Assembly (NCBI GenBank): GCA_038823825.1
Contig: JAWBCC010000002.1
Coordinates: forward strand, 90,001 to 122,000
DNA length: 32,000 bases
Source of the DNA: Candidatus Hadarchaeales archaeon
GTDB taxonomy: Archaea > Hadarchaeota > Hadarchaeia > Hadarchaeales > Hadarchaeaceae
Direction of reading: 5' to 3'
The notes under the pieces are model-generated. The model worked only from the letters and a program-made list of their open reading frames with translations, was not told where the DNA came from and did not search any database. How positions within the stretch are numbered: the first letter of the stretch is position 1; every line of letters begins with the position of its first letter. A program made the translations under genes and the position numbers. Positions 26,724-32,000 of this stretch are shown one piece after another.

Positions 26724-28000
26724 CCGGAACCACCACGAACGAGCTCAGAAACGAGTTCATCCACCATTTTTTTGGCTTCTTCCTCTTTTTTCGCAGCGAG
26801 CAACTCAAATAGTCCTCTCATGTCTAGCATCTGAGCGGCCGGAATATCTTTAGCATATTCCAAAAGTAGGAGTATTCCCCTTTCCTCGATGGGAACACCT
26901 TTCTCTCTCATGCTCCTCAGCGCAGCAATTCTCTCCTCCAGACCCTTTGCGGTCAGTCTGTCGTGGGATATCTCTAGGATTGCTTCTTTGCCAAATTCTT
27001 CAACTAGAATGGATGGATCAAAATCTATTTTCGCCACACCATTTGCCAGCGTTCCCTCCAATCTCAGTTTTATTATCGGAATCTTCTCCGTGTTCTTCCG
27101 TGCTCTTTGTAGCAACTCCTTTACCTTATTCCTGCACGTGGTGTAGATTTGTTCAAGTGTAGCATCTCTAAATACCAATCTTTCGTAAAAGAAATCTCTT
27201 GGAGACCTTAGCTCGACGAACCTGCGCTGCACGATTTTCCCATCGATGTCAAGTATATAGAATCCCTTTGGGTTGCCGGCTTCTATGTCCGAAAGCTGCG
27301 TCCTCTCTGTGCTTCCCGGAATAAGCAAAAGTCTGTTATGGACAGTAGCCTCAGCCCGATAATGAACGTGTCCATCTAGATAGAGGTCAAAACCTGTAGG
27401 CAGGTCAGAGAACTGAATGCTTGGTTTTTCCTCAGAGGAAAAAGTGAAGCTCCCTATCGACTGATGTAACAGGAGAACGTTAAATGAGTTCTCCACCGGT
27501 TTTGGATTCCAAGCCTTTATCGTCGGCAAAAGATCTCTTTCTGGAACATAGCTCAGCCCGTGTAGTGAAATTCTTTCCCCATTTTTTTCAAAAGTCACAG
27601 AATTCGCATTAAGCAATATGAGTTTTCCCGCAGCCTCGAGCGCCTCAACGGGATTTTTTTCACCTCTTGCTCTTCTTTCGTGGTTTCCAAAAATCGCCAC
27701 GAGCGGAATACCACGCAAAGCTAGCGGAGAGATAGAATCTTCCGGTTTATCAATTGTCTCCACGAGTTTTATCCCACTATTTTCGGCGAGCTGGGGAGAG
27801 GTTAGAATTCGAAGAGCTCTAGCCCAGCTCTCCAAGCTTGGCTTACTTCTATCGAAGATATCTCCCAAAACCAGAATAAGATCAGCTCCGGATGTGATGG
27901 CTTTTCTAAGAGCCTCCTCTGCCTGGTCGAAGGAATCTTGTTCACGAGTAGTTCCAGATTTCACTCCGAAATGAAAATCAGACATTACAGCGATTCTCAT
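26720..28000 (-). CDS. mre11: DNA double-strand break repair nuclease Mre11
   Basis: MRIAVMSDFHFGVKSG, VLGDIFDRSKPS, LVAIFGNHERRA, LYLDGHVHYRAE; 4-nt overlap with rad50. Likely start Met at 28000. Confidence 0.93.
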   Translation of the reverse strand: MRIAVMSDFHFGVKSGTTREQDSFDQAEEALRKAITSGADLILVLGDIFDRSKPSLESWARALRILTSPQLAENSGIKLVETIDKPEDSISPLALRGIPLVAIFGNHERRARGEKNPVEALEAAGKLILLNANSVTFEKNGERISLHGLSYVPERDLLPTIKAWNPKPVENSFNVLLLHQSIGSFTFSSEEKPSIQFSDLPTGFDLYLDGHVHYRAEATVHNRLLLIPGSTERTQLSDIEAGNPKGFYILDIDGKIVQRRFVELRSPRDFFYERLVFRDATLEQIYTTCRNKVKELLQRARKNTEKIPIIKLRLEGTLANGVAKIDFDPSILVEEFGKEAILEISHDRLTAKGLEERIAALRSMREKGVPIEERGILLLLEYAKDIPAAQMLDMRGLFELLAAKKEEEAKKMVDELVSELVRGGSG

Positions 28001-28078
28001 CAGAGTAAAATTCACGCGAAGTGCTTTAATTTTTGCTTACGTGCCGGATTAAAACCCAAAAAGGAGAAATTAACATTG

Positions 28079-29308
28079 ATGACGGAAATTTGGGTTGATA
28101 AACATTCTCCAAAAAGCTTGGCTGAGGTCGTGGGGCAGGCAGCCGCGATCGAGAAGATGAAAGCCTGGGCTAGAGAGTGGAAAAAGAAAACCCCAGCGAA
28201 GAAAGCCTTGCTTCTTTACGGACCACCGGGAACTGGAAAGACGATATCCGCAATTCTGCTTGCAAAAGAAATGGGGTGGGAGTATGTGGAGATGAATGCA
28301 AGCGACGAGCGGACGCTTTCCGCGGTTAGGAGAATTGCCGGAGAAGCCTCTAGGGCCGGGACTCTGTTTGAAGGAGCGGCTGGCAGAAGACTCCTGATAA
28401 TCGACGAAGCAGATAATATTCACGGAACTGCAGATCGCGGCGGTTACGCTGCTCTTAGAGAAATTCTCAACGAGACGAGAAACCCAATAATTCTCATCGC
28501 TAACGATCTTTATGCGGTGCCGGCAGATATCCGTGCGCTCTGTCTACCTATCGTTTTCCGGAGGATTCAGAAACCACTCATAGTCAAAAGACTAGCAACG
28601 ATAGCCCAGAGAGAGAAAATAAGGGCAGATCAGGAAGCTCTTGAAATGATTGCGAACATATCGGAAGGAGATATGCGCTCAGCCATTCACGATCTTCAGG
28701 TCGCAGCTTTTGGAAAGAAAACTCTCACGAAGGATGACGTGATAATTGCAAGGAGAAACCGTGAAAAAACGATTTTCGATGCTCTGAGCGCTATTCTCGG
28801 AAGTAAGAGTGCGAAAATCGCCAGAACCGCTTTGTGGGACGCAGATCTTTCACCGGACGAAGCATTTGCTTGGATCGTTGAAAACGTTCCAAAGGTTGTA
28901 AAGGATCCTGAGTCGCTTGTAAAAGTTTATGAAGTTCTTTCGAAGGCGGACAAATTTTTTGGTTATTCTAGGAGTTCGTACAAATTCTGGAGTTTTGCGT
29001 CAGATATGATGACTGCCGGTGTGGCGGTTAGTAAAGGAGAAGAGCTTCAATTCTCAAAATTCCAGCCGTCTTCGTGGATAAGGAAGATGGCACAAACAAT
29101 GAAAACAAGAAACATTCGCAATTCCGTTGCCAAAAAGCTTGCGCGCAAATGTCATACCTCCTCCAGAGTTGTGAAAAAGGATTTTCTGCCTTATCTACCT
29201 ATAATGCTTGGCGGCAAACCGGAGCGTTTACAACATTTGGCTAGAGAACTGGAGTTGAACGAAGAAGAAATAGAATTTCTCAAGTCGCTAAGGGCAGGGA
29301 AGTCATGA
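28079..29308 (+). CDS. rfcL: Replication factor C large subunit
   Basis: WVDKHSPKSLAEVVGQ, LLLYGPPGTGKTISAILLAKEMGWEYVEMNASDERT, LLIIDEADNIHGTADRGG; AGGAG SD upstream; start Met at 28079. Confidence 0.95.
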   Translation: MTEIWVDKHSPKSLAEVVGQAAAIEKMKAWAREWKKKTPAKKALLLYGPPGTGKTISAILLAKEMGWEYVEMNASDERTLSAVRRIAGEASRAGTLFEGAAGRRLLIIDEADNIHGTADRGGYAALREILNETRNPIILIANDLYAVPADIRALCLPIVFRRIQKPLIVKRLATIAQREKIRADQEALEMIANISEGDMRSAIHDLQVAAFGKKTLTKDDVIIARRNREKTIFDALSAILGSKSAKIARTALWDADLSPDEAFAWIVENVPKVVKDPESLVKVYEVLSKADKFFGYSRSSYKFWSFASDMMTAGVAVSKGEELQFSKFQPSSWIRKMAQTMKTRNIRNSVAKKLARKCHTSSRVVKKDFLPYLPIMLGGKPERLQHLARELELNEEEIEFLKSLRAGKS

Positions 29309-30375
29309 AAATTTCCAAAAAATTACAGTTTGGCAAGTTTGTTACGCCCATACCAGATAAGCAAAGACCCGTTTATCGTTGGTTTCAGCTGAAGGAGTCA
29401 TTCTCGAGCCATCTCGTTCTTACGCTTTTAGATCTCTGGAAGCCAGACCGGAACTCGCTAGTTTTAGATCCTTTCTGTGGAGCTGGTACGACATTGCTCG
29501 CCTGCAAGGAGGCAGGATTGTCCAGCATAGGTTTTGACGTTCATCCTCTTTTTTTGTTCGCGTCTCGCGTGAAAACGTCCGATTATGATTTGGCGAGGCT
29601 TCACCAACTAATGAATGAAATAATCGCGGTTGAGGTAGAGCCCGGCGAAATCGCTCCAGAATGGGTTAGAAAATTCTTTCCGCCAAAAATCCCTGAACTG
29701 ATCTTAAGTTTAAAGGAAAAAATTTTGAAGCTTGAAGAAAGGGAGAGAAATTTCTTTCTGCTTGCTCTTATGAAGGCAGCTCTTCATTGCAGTTGGGCGG
29801 AAGTAGACGGTGCAGTTCTCAAGGTTAGAAAGAGAAAGGTGAAGCCACTCTTAACAATTTTTAAAGAGGTAACCGAAGGGATGCTCGAGGATTTAAGGAA
29901 TCTTCCCACAAAACCAGCGAAAGTAAGGATAGAGAGGTGTGATGCCAGGAGGATGAATCTTCCCGACGAGAGCATTGATATAACCATAACGTCTCCGCCA
30001 TACTTATTCAAGGGTGAGTACATAAGAGCATACAAGATCGAGGAGTGGATTTTGGATGTCCAAACAAATATAGAAAGTTTCTTTGGTGGTTGGGCTGACG
30101 ATTCAAGTCCAGAAGAGTATTTCTCAGATATGGCGAGATTCATGGAGGAACTTTTCAGAGTTTCTCGTTCTGCAGCCAAAGTCTGTTTGGTGATCTCCGA
30201 CGGTTGTTCGAAGAGGGGTGTTGTGAAAGTGATCGAAAAGGTTTCAGAAATTGCCAAGGATGTTGGCTTCTCCGTGAAGAAGGCGATACTCGTCAATGAA
30301 AGATGGTGCACGACGCCATCGAGGCGGAAGCTCGGCAAAGCAGGGGAATATCTACTCATGCTGGAGAAAAAATAA
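29305..30375 (+). CDS. DNA methyltransferase (N4-cytosine/N6-adenine type), motif I before motif IV
   Basis: VLDPFCGAGTTLLACKEAGLSSIGFDVHPL near the N-terminus and DITITSPPYLFKGEYIRAYKIEEWIL downstream; 4-nt overlap with rfcL. Confidence 0.8.
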   Translation: MKISKKLQFGKFVTPIPDKQRPVYRWFQLKESFSSHLVLTLLDLWKPDRNSLVLDPFCGAGTTLLACKEAGLSSIGFDVHPLFLFASRVKTSDYDLARLHQLMNEIIAVEVEPGEIAPEWVRKFFPPKIPELILSLKEKILKLEERERNFFLLALMKAALHCSWAEVDGAVLKVRKRKVKPLLTIFKEVTEGMLEDLRNLPTKPAKVRIERCDARRMNLPDESIDITITSPPYLFKGEYIRAYKIEEWILDVQTNIESFFGGWADDSSPEEYFSDMARFMEELFRVSRSAAKVCLVISDGCSKRGVVKVIEKVSEIAKDVGFSVKKAILVNERWCTTPSRRKLGKAGEYLLMLEKK

Positions 30376-30411
30376 AGAAAGGTTGTGGGATAATCTTTTT
30401 CTGGCATCGGT

Positions 30412-31200
30412 ATGTCCAACTTCGTGTACATTCTTGGTCCGGCCGGCTGTGGAAAATCTACCCTAACAGCCGTGTTATACGAGACTATGAGAGCCGCAGG
30501 TCTGGAAGTTTTGTCCGTTAACTTAGACCCTGGAGCCGAGTGGCTTCCATATACGCCCGAGATAGACATAAGAAAGGATATCTCACTTCGCGAGGTAATG
30601 AGGGAGTTCAGGCTCGGACCGAATGGTGCTCTCGTAGTCTCTGTAGATCTCATCGTCGACCATATTCCAAAAATTAGAGAGATTATCTCAAAATGGAACC
30701 CCGACTACGTGTTGGTGGACACTCCGGGACAAATGGAGCTATTCGCGTTCAGGGATACCGGTCCAATGGTCGTGCGTGCCTTTACCGAGAAAGGTACTCC
30801 TCTAATTCTCTTTCTAATCGATGCATTTCTGGCCCGCAGCCCGAGCTCTTTCATATCGATGTTAATGCTTTCGACATCGGTTCTAAGCCGTTTCAGGGTA
30901 GCACAGCTGAACGTTCTGACAAAGGCAGATTTGCTCGACGAAAAAACCGTGGAGGAGATATCAGACTGGGTGAACAGAAAAGATGCTCTTTTAGAAAAGC
31001 TCGAAAGTGAGGAAAATCCACTGAACAGAGAGAACACAAAAATGATATTGGAGGCTGTAGAGAAGATGGGCCTAGCAGGAGAGCTGCTTCCGATTTCCGC
31101 AACTGAGAATAAAGGAATTGTTGAACTCGTGAGCTTGATCGAGAGAAGTTTTGCGGCAGAAACACGTCTGGACGTTCAAGAGGAGGTGGAAAAGTTTTGA
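30412..31200 (+). CDS. GPN-loop GTPase (second paralog)
   Basis: ILGPAGCGKSTLTA, SVNLDPGAEWLPYTPEIDIRKD, RLGPNGALVVS, LVDTPGQMELFAF, LNVLTKADLL. Confidence 0.9.
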   Translation: MSNFVYILGPAGCGKSTLTAVLYETMRAAGLEVLSVNLDPGAEWLPYTPEIDIRKDISLREVMREFRLGPNGALVVSVDLIVDHIPKIREIISKWNPDYVLVDTPGQMELFAFRDTGPMVVRAFTEKGTPLILFLIDAFLARSPSSFISMLMLSTSVLSRFRVAQLNVLTKADLLDEKTVEEISDWVNRKDALLEKLESEENPLNRENTKMILEAVEKMGLAGELLPISATENKGIVELVSLIERSFAAETRLDVQEEVEKF

Positions 31201-32000
31201 CTCGGCTTGAAAAGTTTGTCGGTGGCATGATCGGCGCCGCAGTCGGCGACGCGACCGGCAGACCTTTTGAAGGCTCTGCATCGGTCACAAAAGAAGAGAT
31301 AGAAAAAATGATCTCATCCTCTTCGGTTTTGACAGTCACAGATGACACGCTGATGTCGCTAGATGTTGCAAGATCGATCGTGGAAAAAGGTAAAGTGGAC
31401 CCAGATGATCTCATCGAAAAATTCGTTCTGAGTTATGACCCAGCCCGTGGTTACGGTATCACCACAACATTGGTTTTGGAAAAAGTGAAGAATGGGGCAG
31501 ATTGGAGAGAAGTAACCAGAAAAGTGGCTGAAGGAGGTTCTTGGGGAAACGGAGCAGCCATGCGTGTCTTGCCAGTTGGACTTTTCTTTTGCGATGATAT
31601 GACTGCCCTTTTCGAGGCAGCCGAGCAGTCGAGCATTGTCACACACTTTCATCCGCTCGCAGTTGAGGGTGCAAAGCTTCAGGCAAAAGCCGTTGCTCTT
31701 GCCGCCACCACGGATTTTTCGGAGTTCGACAGATTTGATTTCCTGAACTCTCTCGTCGAAGGTCTAAACTCTGAAGCCTACGTGGAGAAGCTAAAAAAGA
31801 TTGAGGAGTTCTTAAAGCATGGAGCCTCTAAGAAAGAAGTAGTGTCTCAGTTAGGGAACGGAAGCGAGGCTCTGAACTCCGTCCCAACTGCGATTTATAC
31901 GTTTTTGGCAAACGCCGGAGATTTCAGGGCAACGATTTTGCAAGCGGTCTCGCTCGGTGGCGATGCCGACACCATTGCAAGCATGAGTGGTGGAATAGCA
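31197..32000 (+). CDS. ADP-ribosylglycohydrolase family protein (truncated by window end)
   Basis: TTG start overlapping the GPN stop; MIGAAVGDATGRPFEG, VTVTDDTLMSLDVARSIVEKG, GGSWGNGAAMRVLPVGLFF, HPLAVEGA, SLGGDADTIASMSGGIA. Not in the ORF track (no stop inside window). Confidence 0.88.
   Translation, partial: MTRLEKFVGGMIGAAVGDATGRPFEGSASVTKEEIEKMISSSSVLTVTDDTLMSLDVARSIVEKGKVDPDDLIEKFVLSYDPARGYGITTTLVLEKVKNGADWREVTRKVAEGGSWGNGAAMRVLPVGLFFCDDMTALFEAAEQSSIVTHFHPLAVEGAKLQAKAVALAATTDFSEFDRFDFLNSLVEGLNSEAYVEKLKKIEEFLKHGASKKEVVSQLGNGSEALNSVPTAIYTFLANAGDFRATILQAVSLGGDADTIASMSGGIA

Noticed and set aside
26563-26808. 81-aa minus-strand ORF over the rad50/mre11 junction
   Set aside because: Alternative frame overlapping the confidently assigned 4-nt-overlapping rad50 and mre11 genes; no conserved features.
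31359-31652. Minus-strand ORFs at the right edge (31359-31652, 31451-31642)
   Set aside because: Antisense to the conserved ADP-ribosylglycohydrolase reading frame that continues past the window end.
1-32000. CRISPR array or cas genes
   Set aside because: No regularly spaced 24-40 bp repeats or Cas motifs; the 10-bp iterons at 214-243 are far too short and contiguous to be CRISPR.

Overview
Archaeal chromosomal segment, judged from TrmB/Lrp/GPN families, Hel308, Mre11-Rad50, RfcL, CofE, Tes and TATA-type promoters. About 1-2335 is a visibly AT-richer segment ending exactly at the 3' end of a minus-strand tRNA-Cys(GCA) with encoded CCA. It holds a truncated ORF, an uncalled 51-aa ribbon-helix-helix-like ORF preceded by three 10-bp tandem iterons, a beta-class (TSPPY..DPFLGSGTT) DNA methyltransferase and a convergent 342-aa unknown protein. 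This is a candidate novel restriction-modification-like island. The rest is mostly chromosomal: tetraether lipid synthase-like radical SAM enzyme (tes) divergent from a TrmB-type regulator, hypD-hypC, glutaredoxin, cofE, porGDAB, DHPS-like, sua5, an Lrp/AsnC regulator with an upstream palindrome, and a GPN GTPase. Then come a two-gene secreted/surface protein operon (1608 and 551 aa; tandem DUF2341-like, tandem alpha-glucan-binding-like modules, FN3-like repeats) and elp3. The right side is a DNA maintenance cluster: hel308, mini-kinase-like, rad50, mre11, rfcL, an orphan m4C/m6A-type MTase, a second GPN GTPase and a truncated ADP-ribosylglycohydrolase. The best novelty candidates are the left-end RHH/MTase/unknown module, the mini-kinase coupled to rad50/mre11, the MTase coupled to rfcL, and the giant non-catalytic surface protein pair. 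All family calls were made by eye from motifs; no database search was run.
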